Assembly (NCBI GenBank): GCA_965198225.1
Contig: CBDAOY010000008.1
Span: forward strand, 480,001 to 544,000
Reading direction: 5' to 3'
DNA: 64,000 nucleotides
Source: Terriglobia bacterium
GTDB lineage: Bacteria > Acidobacteriota > Terriglobia > 20CM-2-55-15
Each line of letters begins with the position of its first letter. Position 1 is the first letter of the stretch. Positions 9,890 to 20,365 of this stretch are shown here, one piece after another. Below the pieces are notes generated by a model that did not search any database, was not told the origin of the DNA, and saw only the letters and a list, made by a program, of their open reading frames with translations. The translations under genes were made by a program, and so were the position numbers.

Positions 9890-10201
9890 ATGAGAAAGCT
9901 ATCGATCGGTTTGATGTTGTCCTTCACTGTCCTGATGATGGCAACACCGGTGTTCGCGCAGGACGGAGACGAAGGGATCCCCGTGAATTGGGAGCGGATC
10001 AGCTTTGGATTTGCCATGGCAATCGCCTCGTTTGGCTGCGCCCTGGCGCAGGGCAAAGCGATTTCCGCCGCGTGTGAGGGGCTGGCTCGAAACCCGGGTG
10101 CCGCCCCGCCAATCCGGTTTGCGTTGTTGCTGGGTCTGGTGCTCATCGAGTCGCTGGCGCTTTACACGCTGTTCATTATCCTGATTGGCGGAGTTCTGTA
10201 A
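9890..10201 (+). CDS. atpE: ATP synthase Fo subunit c with signal-peptide-like N-terminal extension
   Basis: ARNP loop, ion-binding Glu in IESLALY, strong AAGGAG RBS. Confidence 0.95.
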   Translation: MRKLSIGLMLSFTVLMMATPVFAQDGDEGIPVNWERISFGFAMAIASFGCALAQGKAISAACEGLARNPGAAPPIRFALLLGLVLIESLALYTLFIILIGGVL

Positions 10202-10233
10202 CGACAGCCTAGAGAAGTCAGAGTGTTAACGCT

Positions 10234-10274
10234 AAAAGCGGTCATCGGCTTTCGAGCCGGTGACCGCTTTTCTT
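10234..10274 (+). terminator. Intrinsic terminator after atpE (potentially bidirectional)
   Basis: aaaagcggtcatcggct-ttcg-agccggtgaccgctttt: long stem, TTCG loop, T-tract. Confidence 0.85.
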
Positions 10275-10628
10275 GTGTTCGGGTGGACCGGTGCCCCGAG
10301 CCCGACCACCCTCCGGGTTATCGTGAGCGAGAAGCTCCAATGCTGAGAGTAATGATAGCAGCGGTTTAGAGCTCATTTGGCTGCGGGAACCGGCGAACCT
10401 GCCTGGACTGGTGGAATCTGGCTCATGGCGGCCGGTCCGAGAGCCCGTTTCGGGTACGGAAAGGCGGGCGTCACGGAACCGTAAAATCGGCGCAAGTCTT
10501 TATTCTTGCGATACCTACGTCGAAAATGATACAAATGTGAATGATTTAAACTGGGACCTCTGTATCATGAGGACCAGTATGTTCGTATTAATAGATAACC
10601 TGGATCCTGATGTGAGGTAGAGCGCGTC

Positions 10629-13067
10629 ATGACGAAACACATCTTGGCTATTCTTGGCATGGTGTTTCTGTGCCTCGCGATCTGCAGTGATATCAGCCTC
10701 GCGGAACGACAGGAAGCACCCGCCCTCGCACCGTTGTCTCCGGAAGCGCAACAGGCCCTGGTCGATCAGTACTGTCTGTTGTGCCACGATGACGTGGAGA
10801 AATCCGGGGACCTGAGCATGTCCGGGTTGGATCTGAGGGAAGTGGGCCAGAACACGGAGATCGTCGAGAAGATGATCCGTAAGTTGCGGGCGGGGATGAT
10901 GCCTCCGATGGGTCAACCGCGACCCGACGCCCAGACGCTCGAGTCTCTCGTCACCTCGATGGAAGCCGGTATCGACCAGATTGCGGCCGCCAGCCCGAAT
11001 CCAGGACGGCGGGCGCTTGCGCGGTTGAACCGAATCGAGTATGCAAACTCGATCCGTGAGCTTCTCCGCATCGGGGTAGATGTCGCTGCGCTGCTACCTC
11101 CCGACAGCATGGGCCACGGGTTCGACAACATGGCGGACGCCTTGAGCATTTCGCCGGCGTTGATCGAGGGATACATGCGGGCGGCCGGCGAGATCAGCCG
11201 CGCGGCCGTTGGAGACCCGAAAGCGAGCGCGACTTCTGCGACCTACTCGATCTCCCGCACCGCGTCGCAGATGTATCACGTCGACGGTGCCCCCATGGGT
11301 ACCCGCGGCGGAATCTCCGTCGTCCATAATTTTCCCGCCGACGGCGAGTACACATTCACCATGACGTTCTACGGTGAATCCACAGGTGGCATCTTCGGAC
11401 TGAACAACCCCCTGGCCGAGGACTTCAAGGAACAGATCGAAGTCTCGATCAACGGTGAACGGGCAGCGGTTCTCGAGGTGCTCAACTCGATGAACGAGTC
11501 GCAGCCCGCTGGCCTATCGCTCACCACCGAACCCATCACGGTCAAAGCGGGCCCGCAGAGGGTCTCGGCGGTTTTCATCCAGAGGTTCTACGGGCTTGTC
11601 GACGACTTGATCCGCCCGATCGAACACACGATCGCCGACCAGCAGGTGTCGACCGGTGAGGGTATCAGCACCCTGCCGCATCTCCAGGATGTGAACATCA
11701 AGGGCCCGTTCAATCCGACCGGTGTTTCATTGACGCCGAGCCGCGCGAGGATATTCACGTGTCGACCGACCAGCCCGGCCGAAGAAGAACCCTGTGCCAC
11801 GGAGATCCTGTCGGACCTGGCTACGCAGGCTTACCGGCGACCCGTAAGCGCCGAGGACCTCGAAGGGCTGATGACGTTCTACAGGACCGGGCGGGAAGAA
11901 AGGGACTTCGAGATCGGTGTCCGAACGGCCCTGCAGGCTATTTTGGCCAGCCCGAATTTCGTGTTCCGTTTCGAGCAGGTGCCGGACGGGGTCGAACCGG
12001 GTCAGAACCATCGCATCAGCGACCTGGAACTGGCTTCCCGGCTGTCGTACTTTCTCTGGAGCACGGTGCCCGACGACGAACTCGTGGGGGTCGCGAGCGA
12101 GGGACGACTTCAGGATCCAGCGATCCTGGCGCGGCAGGTGGGGCGCATGCTGCGAGATAGCCGTTCAGAAGCGCTCTCCAGTCGATTTGCCGCCCAATGG
12201 CTCCGCCTGAGAGATCTCGAAGGCAAGATTCCCGATCCCATCCTGTTTCCCCAGTTCGACGCCGGTCTGGGAGAGTCCATGCGAAGGGAGACCGAGCTGT
12301 TCTTCGGCAGCGTCGTGCGCGAGGACCGTAATGTGCTCGACCTGCTGACCAGCGAATATACGTTCGTAGACGAACGCCTGGCCAAGCATTACCAGCTTCC
12401 GAACGTGATCGGGAATCGGTTCCGGCGTGTGCCGCTCACGGATGAAAACCGCAAAGGGTTGTTGGGTCAGGCCAGCATCCTGACGTTGACATCGAACGCC
12501 GACCGAACCTCACCGGTGCAGCGCGGCAAATACGTCATGGAGGTTCTGCTCGGCTCCCCACCGCCGGCGCCACCGCCGAACGTGCCGGATCTGGAAGAGA
12601 CCGAGAGGTTGACTGGTGAGAAGATCCTGACCTTGCGCGAGCGCATGGAAGAGCATCGGGCGAGCCCCGTCTGCGCGTCCTGCCACAAGTTGATCGACCC
12701 GATCGGGCTCGCGCTGGAGAACTTCGATGTCACCGGAAGATGGCGGACGCTGGACGCCGGGGCCCCGATCGATCCCGTCGGTGAGTTGTATGACGGGACG
12801 ATCTTGAACGGTCCGACGAGTCTTCGTCAGGCGATTCTGGATCGTTCCGATGCGTTTATCCACAACTTCACCGAGAATCTCCTGACGTTTGGTCTGGGGC
12901 GAAAGCTGGAACACTACGACATGCCCGCGGTACGTGAGATCGCGCGCGCAGCGTCGGCGGAAGGCAATCGATTCTCCTCGTTCGTCATGGGTGTCGTCGA
13001 GAGCGCGGCCTTCCAGATGAGCAGGGCCGAGGAGACAACGGTTGTGGAGGCGCGGGATCAGAATTGA
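10629..13067 (+). CDS. DUF1592/PSD-domain diheme c-type cytochrome (Planctomycete-type), copy 1
   Basis: Signal peptide; CLLCH + GMMPP; RLNRIEY..GFDN (DUF1587-like); ELASRLSYFLWS (DUF1592-like); TSPVQRG...PPPPP..CASCH..IDPIG (DUF1588-like). Confidence 0.88.
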   Translation: MTKHILAILGMVFLCLAICSDISLAERQEAPALAPLSPEAQQALVDQYCLLCHDDVEKSGDLSMSGLDLREVGQNTEIVEKMIRKLRAGMMPPMGQPRPDAQTLESLVTSMEAGIDQIAAASPNPGRRALARLNRIEYANSIRELLRIGVDVAALLPPDSMGHGFDNMADALSISPALIEGYMRAAGEISRAAVGDPKASATSATYSISRTASQMYHVDGAPMGTRGGISVVHNFPADGEYTFTMTFYGESTGGIFGLNNPLAEDFKEQIEVSINGERAAVLEVLNSMNESQPAGLSLTTEPITVKAGPQRVSAVFIQRFYGLVDDLIRPIEHTIADQQVSTGEGISTLPHLQDVNIKGPFNPTGVSLTPSRARIFTCRPTSPAEEEPCATEILSDLATQAYRRPVSAEDLEGLMTFYRTGREERDFEIGVRTALQAILASPNFVFRFEQVPDGVEPGQNHRISDLELASRLSYFLWSTVPDDELVGVASEGRLQDPAILARQVGRMLRDSRSEALSSRFAAQWLRLRDLEGKIPDPILFPQFDAGLGESMRRETELFFGSVVREDRNVLDLLTSEYTFVDERLAKHYQLPNVIGNRFRRVPLTDENRKGLLGQASILTLTSNADRTSPVQRGKYVMEVLLGSPPPAPPPNVPDLEETERLTGEKILTLRERMEEHRASPVCASCHKLIDPIGLALENFDVTGRWRTLDAGAPIDPVGELYDGTILNGPTSLRQAILDRSDAFIHNFTENLLTFGLGRKLEHYDMPAVREIARAASAEGNRFSSFVMGVVESAAFQMSRAEETTVVEARDQN

Positions 13068-13144
13068 CCGCGCGCAACTGACCGGATTATTTGACGACTG
13101 TCATCAGATAAATTCAAGTAAGGATAGTCTTAGGAGGTAAGCGG

Positions 13145-14521
13145 ATGTTCATCACAAAGAAGCATATTTCCCGCCGTACGATGCTTCAGGGAATGGGCGC
13201 GGCCGTGTCACTGCCGTTCCTGGAGGGGATGGCACCGGCCCAGACGCCGATCCGAGAAACGGCGGCCAACGCCCCGCTTCGCGTCGCCGCCATCGAGATG
13301 GTGCATGGCGCCGCCGGCTGCAGCCCCTATGGGCAGGAGCAGCACCTGTGGGCGCCGGTGGCCGATGGAGCCGCTTTCGATCTCACGCCGACCAGTATGC
13401 TGCCGCTGGAGCCGTTCCGGGAGTATCTGACGATCGTCAGCAACACCGACGTGGTGCCCGCCGAAGCATTCGTGCTCAGCGAAGTCGGTGCGGACCATTT
13501 CCGTTCAAGCGCCGTGTTTCTGACGCAAGCCAAGCCGAAGATGACGGAGGGCTCCGACGTCTACGTCGGAACGTCGATGGACCAGCTGTATGCCCAGCGG
13601 TTCGGCCAGGACACGCCGATTCCATCGATTCAGCTCTGCATCGAGCCGGTCGACATCGCGGGTGGCTGCCTCTACGGGTACGCCTGCGCGTACAGGGACA
13701 CGATCAGCTGGTCTTCGCCCTCCGATCCGCTCCCGATGGCGAGAGATCCGCGCATGGTATTCGATCAGCTCTTCGGCGCCGGCGGGACCGCAGAGGAGCG
13801 CTCGAGCCGTCGCAAGACCGACGGCAGTATTCTCGACTGGATCACGCACGAGGTCGCCCGGCTGAGGCAGGGCCTGAGCCCCAGCGACAAGCTCCGCCTG
13901 ACCGAGTATCTCGAAGACGTGCGGGAGATCGAACGGCGGATCCAGAAGATCGAAGAGTTCAATTCCAACGGAGAGGCCAGGGAGATACCGGATGCTCCGG
14001 TTGGTGTGCCGGACTCCTACACCGAGCATGTCCAGTTGATGTTCGACCTGCAGGTCCTGGGTTTCGCGGCGGGAGTCACGCATGTTTCGGCGTTCAAGAT
14101 GTCGAAGGACGGGACCAGTCGGGTCTTCGAGGAGAGCGGGACCAGGGGCTCGTTCCATCCCTCCTCGCACCACCGCAACGATCCGGACCGCGTCGAGGAT
14201 TTCGCCAAGATCAACAAGTACCACGTCGGCCTGGTTCCCTACTTCCTAGAGAAGCTGAAGAACACGCCCGACGGGGACGGCAGCCTGTTGGACCACAGCC
14301 TGGTCATCTACGGCTCTCCGATGGGCGACAGCAGCGTCCACAACCACAAGCGGTGTCCGCTGTTCTTTGCCGGGCTGGCCAACGGGGCGCTCAAGGGCAA
14401 TCTCCACTACAGAGCGGAAGACGGAACGCCGATGGCAAATGCTTTCCTCACCGTGATGCATCGGATCGGCTTCGACGACATGAAAACTTTTGGCGACAGC
14501 ACCGCAGAGCTCGCGATCTGA
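13145..14521 (+). CDS. DUF1552 (HxxSHH) Tat-exported protein, copy 1
   Basis: SRRTML twin-arginine signal + SLPFLE; FHPSSHH; GCLYGYACAY; HNHKRCP; FGDST end; GGAGGT RBS. Confidence 0.88.
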   Translation: MFITKKHISRRTMLQGMGAAVSLPFLEGMAPAQTPIRETAANAPLRVAAIEMVHGAAGCSPYGQEQHLWAPVADGAAFDLTPTSMLPLEPFREYLTIVSNTDVVPAEAFVLSEVGADHFRSSAVFLTQAKPKMTEGSDVYVGTSMDQLYAQRFGQDTPIPSIQLCIEPVDIAGGCLYGYACAYRDTISWSSPSDPLPMARDPRMVFDQLFGAGGTAEERSSRRKTDGSILDWITHEVARLRQGLSPSDKLRLTEYLEDVREIERRIQKIEEFNSNGEAREIPDAPVGVPDSYTEHVQLMFDLQVLGFAAGVTHVSAFKMSKDGTSRVFEESGTRGSFHPSSHHRNDPDRVEDFAKINKYHVGLVPYFLEKLKNTPDGDGSLLDHSLVIYGSPMGDSSVHNHKRCPLFFAGLANGALKGNLHYRAEDGTPMANAFLTVMHRIGFDDMKTFGDSTAELAI

Positions 14522-14540
14522 CGCGATAGGAGACTGTTTT

Positions 14541-16343
14541 ATGTTGCGTAAGAGACTAGTCGGTGGCTTCGGCGTCGGGGTTGTGGGCGCGCTGTGCATG
14601 ACGGCGCTGATCCTGGCGGTTCCCGTCGACACCCCGGTGGCGGATGCGACGCGCGACGGGGACATCGAAACCGTGCGTTCCCTCCTCAAGCAGGGAGTCG
14701 ATGTGAATGCAGCCCAGGGAGACGGCATGACGGCGCTGCACTGGGCGGCGTTCACGGATCACGTGGAAATTGCGGAAATGCTGATCTACGCGGGTGGAAA
14801 CGTCGAGGCCGGAACCCGTCTCAATTCGATCAAGCCTCTCTTCATGGCGGCCCAGAACGGGAGCCGATCCATGGTCGAGACGTTGCTCGCCGGCGGGGCA
14901 GACCCGAACTCCACGATGTCGACGGGCACGACCCCGCTGATGATGGCGGCAGCCTCCGGCAGCGCGGCGGCCGTGACGGCGCTGCTGGACGCCGGGGCAG
15001 AGCCGAATGCGCAAGAGTCGGCGCAAGGCCAGACGGCGTTGATGTTTGCCGCTTCGTTCAACCGTGACGAGGCGATCAAGGTGCTGGTCGAAGGCGGAGC
15101 CGACGCCGCGATTGCCACGAAAATCGTGAACGTTGCCGAGAGGTCTCCTCGTCGAGGCCGGGGCGGCAACACTCGCGGTGCTGCTCGTGGAGGCCGAGGT
15201 GCACCGCAGGCGGCCGCGCAGGGACAGCGGCGAGGTGGCCGAAACCCACAGGCAGCGCAGGCGCGCGGCCGTGGAGCACCACCGGGTGCCCAGGCCGGCG
15301 CCGCTCGTGGCAGCCGAGGCCGTGGGGAGCGACCGGCCGCCGAGGCCGATCCGCTTTTCTCCGCATCCGGTATCCCGATCAGCAACGGCAACGTGGGCAG
15401 CGTCCGCCGCCGCCAGGAACAGAACCAGCGGGGGCGCTTCGGTGGTAACGGGGAACGCGTCCGTCGTGTCGAAATGCTCGGCGGTCTGACACCCCTGATG
15501 TTCGCCGCCCGCCAGGGGCACACCGAATCCGTCGAGGCCCTTCTCGAAGCCGGTGTGGACATCAACCTGGTCAGCCCGGCCGACAAGTCCAGTCCCGTTC
15601 TGGTTGCGACGATCAACGGCCACTTCGACCTCGCGACGCTCCTGCTCGATCGAGGGGCGGACCCGAAACTCGCCAGCGATGCCGGCGCGACACCGCTCTA
15701 CGCGGCTGTCAACGTGCGGTGGGCGCCCGAGGCAGGGTACCCACAGCCGGACACCACGCAGCAGCAAACAACCTACCTGGAGTTGATGGAAGCGCTCCTG
15801 GAGAAAGGGGCCGACGTCAACGCCAAGCTGACGAAGGAACTCTGGTACACGTCCTACACGTTCGACCTATCGCGTGTGGATGCCGCCGGCGCCACGGCCT
15901 TCTGGCGGGCCGCGCAGGTCGCTGATGTCGGCGCGTTGCGCATGCTCGTCGCCCACGGGGCCGATCCGGAGATCGCCAACGACGCCAAGGTCATGCCGTT
16001 GCACGTCGCCACTGGCGGCGGTGTTCACGGCAACGACGAAGTGCTCGCGCCGGGTGGCTGGATGCCGGCCGTCCGTTACCTCGTCGACGAGCTGAGCGCC
16101 GACGTGAACGCGGCCGACGACAGCGGTTACACGCCGCTCCACAACGCCGCCGGCATCGGGCACAACGAAATGGTCCAGTTCCTGTTCGACAAGGGTGCCA
16201 ACGTGAAGGCGGTCAGTGAGCGGGGCGAGACTGTGGCGGACATGGCGAACGGGCCGCGCCAGCGTATACAGCCGTTCCCGGAGACGATCGCGCTCCTGCT
16301 GAGCATGGGCTCGCCGTTCAGCGAGAAGTGCGTGTCCTGTTGA
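14541..16343 (+). CDS. Exported ankyrin-repeat protein ending in CVSC, copy 1
   Basis: About ten T(A/P)L(H/M)xAA-type ankyrin motifs, signal-like N-terminus, RGG-rich insert; start placed after AGGAGA RBS. Confidence 0.88.
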   Translation: MLRKRLVGGFGVGVVGALCMTALILAVPVDTPVADATRDGDIETVRSLLKQGVDVNAAQGDGMTALHWAAFTDHVEIAEMLIYAGGNVEAGTRLNSIKPLFMAAQNGSRSMVETLLAGGADPNSTMSTGTTPLMMAAASGSAAAVTALLDAGAEPNAQESAQGQTALMFAASFNRDEAIKVLVEGGADAAIATKIVNVAERSPRRGRGGNTRGAARGGRGAPQAAAQGQRRGGRNPQAAQARGRGAPPGAQAGAARGSRGRGERPAAEADPLFSASGIPISNGNVGSVRRRQEQNQRGRFGGNGERVRRVEMLGGLTPLMFAARQGHTESVEALLEAGVDINLVSPADKSSPVLVATINGHFDLATLLLDRGADPKLASDAGATPLYAAVNVRWAPEAGYPQPDTTQQQTTYLELMEALLEKGADVNAKLTKELWYTSYTFDLSRVDAAGATAFWRAAQVADVGALRMLVAHGADPEIANDAKVMPLHVATGGGVHGNDEVLAPGGWMPAVRYLVDELSADVNAADDSGYTPLHNAAGIGHNEMVQFLFDKGANVKAVSERGETVADMANGPRQRIQPFPETIALLLSMGSPFSEKCVSC

Positions 16344-16457
16344 GGACGATCTCGACGCCCGACGACTCGTTTCCGGGCAGCATTCATACCCTGTAATGTC
16401 GACACCGGCTGAGGAACAGCCGGTGTCGAAGTTCGACGTGATGGAGGCCGAAGTTAG

Positions 16458-18878
16458 ATGAAGAAACACGTCATCGCACTTCCGGGCGCTTTGGTTCTGT
16501 GCCTGATCGTCGCGGCTGACATGAACCTGGCGCAGCAACAAGGAGTGACGGATGCGATGTCGGCCCCGGCATCGCCGGAAACGCAGCTTGCGTTCATCGA
16601 CAGACACTGCACTTATTGCCACAACGATGTCGACAACTTCGGCGACATGAGTCTGACGGACCTGGATCTGGAGCACCTCGATCAGAGTGCCGAACTTGCC
16701 GAGAAGGTTATTCGCAAGTTGCGAGCTGGAATGATGCCCCCACCCAGCGAGCCGCGGCCGGATGCGGCGGCCCTGGAATCTTTCATAGTTTCGCTGGAGA
16801 CCGGGCTGGACCGTATCGCGGCCGGCCGCCCGAACCCCGGCGCACGAACCCTGCAGCGGCTCAACCGGGCCGAGTACGCGCGATCCGTCCGCGAGTTGCT
16901 CGAGCTGGAGATCGATGTCGCCGCGCTGCTGCCGCCCGACAGCATGGGTGGCGGTGGGTTTGACAACATGTCGGACGCGTTGACGTTGTCTCCGACGCTG
17001 ATGGAAGGCTACGTCCGGGCCTCGAGCAAGATCAGCCGGGCAGCCGTCGGTGATCGGAATGCCGCGCCGTCGGTGGAGACTTACGGCGTTGCAAGAACGT
17101 CGTCGCAGATGCGCCACGTCGAAGGCGCTCCGTTCGGTACGCGGGGTGGAGTCTCCGTTATTCACAATTTCCCGGCCGACGGCGAGTACGTCTTCAAAAT
17201 GGAGTTCTACCCCACTCCGACGGGCAGCCTCTTCGGCTCGAAGTCGGAAGACGAGAAGATCGAGGTCTCCATAGACGGCGACCGGGTGGCGCTGCTCGAC
17301 ATCGATCCCCGGGTGAGCGAGTCCAGAGACGGCGGCGTCTTCGTCCAGTCCGAACCCATCCCGCTCAAGGCGGGACCGCGCAGGGTGTCGGCCGCGTTCA
17401 TCCAGCATTTCCTGGGGCCGATCGACGACCTGCTGCGTCCGATCGAGCACACGATCGCGGACAGCCAGATCTCTGCCGGCGACGGAATAACGACGGTCCC
17501 GCATCTGCAGGCCCTCGGTATCAGTGGCCCGCACAACCCGACAGGTGTGTCGGTGACCCCGAGCCGCACCAAGGTATTCGCCTGCCGCCCCACGCTACCG
17601 AGCGAGGAGGAGCCATGCGCCACCGAGATCGTCACGGCGCTGGCAAGCCAGGCCTACCGGCGACCGGCAAGCCCCGAAGATCTCGAAGGCTTGATGACTT
17701 TTTACTTCACCGGGCGCGAGAAGGGAGACTTTGAATCCGGAATCCGGTCGGCGTTGCAGGCTGTGCTGACTAGCCCGAATTTCGTGTTCCGGTTCGAGCA
17801 GGAACCAGCCGACACCGCTCCGGGTCAGAGTTATCGGATCAGCGACATCGAACTGGCTTCGAGGCTGTCCTATTTCTTCTGGAGCACCGTGCCGGACGAC
17901 GATCTGCTTGCCCTCGCCGATGAGGGACGACTTCACGATCCGGTCGTTCTCGAGGGGCAGGTCCGGCGAATGCTGGCCGATCCCCGCGCGGAGTCCCTGT
18001 CCACGCGATTCGCGTCGCAGTGGCTGCGTCTCCAGGACCTGGAAGGACGGGTACCGGATCCGTTGCTCTTCCCGCAGTTCGACACGACCCTGGGTGAGTC
18101 GATGCGCCGCGAGACCGAGTTGCTCTTCGATGCTATCGTGCGGGAGGACCGTAGCGTACTGGATCTGCTGACGGCCGACTATACGTTCGTGGACGAGCGC
18201 CTGGCCAACCACTACGAGATTCCGAACATCACCGGCAATCGTTTCCGGCGCGTTGGTGTGCCCCAGGACGAGAGAAGGGGCATCCTGGGCCACGGCAGCA
18301 TCCTGACGCTGACGTCGATCGCAGACAGAACCTCTCCGGTGGCGCGCGGGAAGTACGTAATGGAAGTCGTGCTCGGTTCTCCACCGCCCGCGCCTCCGCC
18401 GAACGTGCCGGAGCTCGAGGAAACCGAAGCCAACGAAGGCGACAAGCTCCTCACGCTACGGGAACGGATGGAAAAGCACCGCGCGAACGCGTTCTGTTCG
18501 GGCTGCCACCGGATGATCGACCCGATAGGCCTCGCGCTGGAGAACTTCGACGCGACCGGGAAGTGGCGCGAGTTGGATGCCGGCGCCGCGATCGATCCCT
18601 CGGGTGAGATGTCTGACGGGACCAGGCTGGCGGGTCCCTCCAGTCTTCGTCAGGCGATTCTGGGTAAGTCCGATGCGTTCCTGAGGAACTTCACCGAGAG
18701 CCTGATGACCTATGGCCTGGGCCGGAGGGTTGCCTACTTCGACATGCCGACGGTCCGAGCGATCGCCCGGAACGCGGCCAGAAACGACAACCGCTTCTCA
18801 TCTTTCGCCATCGGTATCGTCAACAGTCCCGCGTTTCTGATGAGAACGGTGCAGGAGAGTACGGATGCCCAGCCTTAG
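16458..18878 (+). CDS. DUF1592/PSD-domain diheme c-type cytochrome, copy 2
   Basis: CTYCH + GMMPP and CSGCH; colinear paralog of 10629-13067. Confidence 0.88.
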   Translation: MKKHVIALPGALVLCLIVAADMNLAQQQGVTDAMSAPASPETQLAFIDRHCTYCHNDVDNFGDMSLTDLDLEHLDQSAELAEKVIRKLRAGMMPPPSEPRPDAAALESFIVSLETGLDRIAAGRPNPGARTLQRLNRAEYARSVRELLELEIDVAALLPPDSMGGGGFDNMSDALTLSPTLMEGYVRASSKISRAAVGDRNAAPSVETYGVARTSSQMRHVEGAPFGTRGGVSVIHNFPADGEYVFKMEFYPTPTGSLFGSKSEDEKIEVSIDGDRVALLDIDPRVSESRDGGVFVQSEPIPLKAGPRRVSAAFIQHFLGPIDDLLRPIEHTIADSQISAGDGITTVPHLQALGISGPHNPTGVSVTPSRTKVFACRPTLPSEEEPCATEIVTALASQAYRRPASPEDLEGLMTFYFTGREKGDFESGIRSALQAVLTSPNFVFRFEQEPADTAPGQSYRISDIELASRLSYFFWSTVPDDDLLALADEGRLHDPVVLEGQVRRMLADPRAESLSTRFASQWLRLQDLEGRVPDPLLFPQFDTTLGESMRRETELLFDAIVREDRSVLDLLTADYTFVDERLANHYEIPNITGNRFRRVGVPQDERRGILGHGSILTLTSIADRTSPVARGKYVMEVVLGSPPPAPPPNVPELEETEANEGDKLLTLRERMEKHRANAFCSGCHRMIDPIGLALENFDATGKWRELDAGAAIDPSGEMSDGTRLAGPSSLRQAILGKSDAFLRNFTESLMTYGLGRRVAYFDMPTVRAIARNAARNDNRFSSFAIGIVNSPAFLMRTVQESTDAQP

Positions 18879-18963
18879 CGGGCTCGGCTCGGTCATCGTC
18901 CGGTATTTATCGTAAGACTTAGTTTTGTTCACGTTTTTTTGGTTCTTTTGAGGAGGTAAACGG

Positions 18964-20343
18964 ATGTTCATTGCGAAGAAGCATATATCCCGCCGAACGA
19001 TGCTTCGCGGAATGGGTGCGGCGGTATCGTTACCGTTTCTGGAGGCGATGTTGCCTGCCCAGACCCCGATGCGCCAGACGGAAGCTGCTGGGGCGACCGG
19101 GACACGCCTGGCGTGCCTCGAGATGGTGCACGGGGCGGCCGGCAGCAACAAGTACGGGCAGGAGAAGAACCTCTGGGCGCCGGCGGAAGTCGGCAACGAG
19201 TTCGACCTCACCCCGAGCAGCCTGCTTCCGCTCGAGCCGTTCAGGGACTACCTGACGATCGTCAGCAATACCGACTGCCGGAACGCCGAGGCGTTCGAAC
19301 TGGGCGAGGTCGGCGCGGATCACTTCCGGACCGCCGCGGTCTTCCTGACGCAGGCCAAGCCGAAGATGACCGAGGGTTCGGACGTGTATGCGGGAACCTC
19401 GATCGAGCAGGAATACGCCAACCGCTTCGGACAGGACACGCCACTGCCGTCGATTCAGTTGTCGATCGAGAACCTGGCGCAGTCTGGTGCCTGTTCGTAC
19501 GGTTACTCCTGCGTGTACACGGACTCGATCAGCTGGGCGACGCCGACCGATCCGCTGCCGATGACCCGGGATCCACGAGTTGTCTTCGAGCAGATGTTCG
19601 GAGACGGCGGGACCACCGAAGAGCGCGCCGCCCGCAGGGCCGAGAACCGGAGCATCCTGGACTGGGTTACGCGCGAGGTGACCCGGCTAAAGCGGGACCT
19701 GGGTGTGAACGATCGGAACCGGCTGACCGAGTACCTGGAGGACGTCCGGGAAGTGGAGCGACGGATTCAGAAGATCGAGGAGTACAACTCCAGCGGTGAG
19801 GCCAGAGAGTTGCCCGACGCGCCGATCGGCGTGCCTGACGCCTGGGATGAGCACATCCGGTTGATGTTCGACCTGCAGGCGCTGGCATTCATGGCGGACG
19901 TGACGCGTGTGTCGGCGTTCAAAATGAGCCGGGACGTCTCACAGCGCGTGTTCCCCGACAGCGGCGTTCGGACCGCATTCCATTCGGCGTCGCATCACGG
20001 TGGCCGGGCGGAGCGGGTCGAGGCCTATGCCAAGATCAACAAGTACCATGTCGGCATGGTCCCTTACTTCCTGGAGAAGCTGAAGAACACGCCGGACGGC
20101 GACGGGAACCTGTTGGACCACTCGCTCGTGCTCTACGGCTCTGCCATGGGCGACAGCAACCTCCACAACCACAAGCGGTGCCCGCTGTTCCTGGTCGGTG
20201 GAGCAAACGGCGCGTTGAAGGGTAATCTCCACTTCAAGGCCGAAGACGGGACTCCGATGGCGAATGCTTACCTCACCATCCTGCACCGGCTCGGCGTTCG
20301 GTTGGAGAGCTTTGGCGACAGCACTGGAGAGCTTGCCATCTGA
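18964..20343 (+). CDS. DUF1552 (HxxSHH) Tat-exported protein, copy 2
   Basis: SRRTML, FHSASHH, ACSYGYSCVY, HNHKRCP; paralog of 13145-14521. Confidence 0.88.
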   Translation: MFIAKKHISRRTMLRGMGAAVSLPFLEAMLPAQTPMRQTEAAGATGTRLACLEMVHGAAGSNKYGQEKNLWAPAEVGNEFDLTPSSLLPLEPFRDYLTIVSNTDCRNAEAFELGEVGADHFRTAAVFLTQAKPKMTEGSDVYAGTSIEQEYANRFGQDTPLPSIQLSIENLAQSGACSYGYSCVYTDSISWATPTDPLPMTRDPRVVFEQMFGDGGTTEERAARRAENRSILDWVTREVTRLKRDLGVNDRNRLTEYLEDVREVERRIQKIEEYNSSGEARELPDAPIGVPDAWDEHIRLMFDLQALAFMADVTRVSAFKMSRDVSQRVFPDSGVRTAFHSASHHGGRAERVEAYAKINKYHVGMVPYFLEKLKNTPDGDGNLLDHSLVLYGSAMGDSNLHNHKRCPLFLVGGANGALKGNLHFKAEDGTPMANAYLTILHRLGVRLESFGDSTGELAI

Positions 20344-20365
20344 CGAGAGGCGGGAGGAGACGCTT

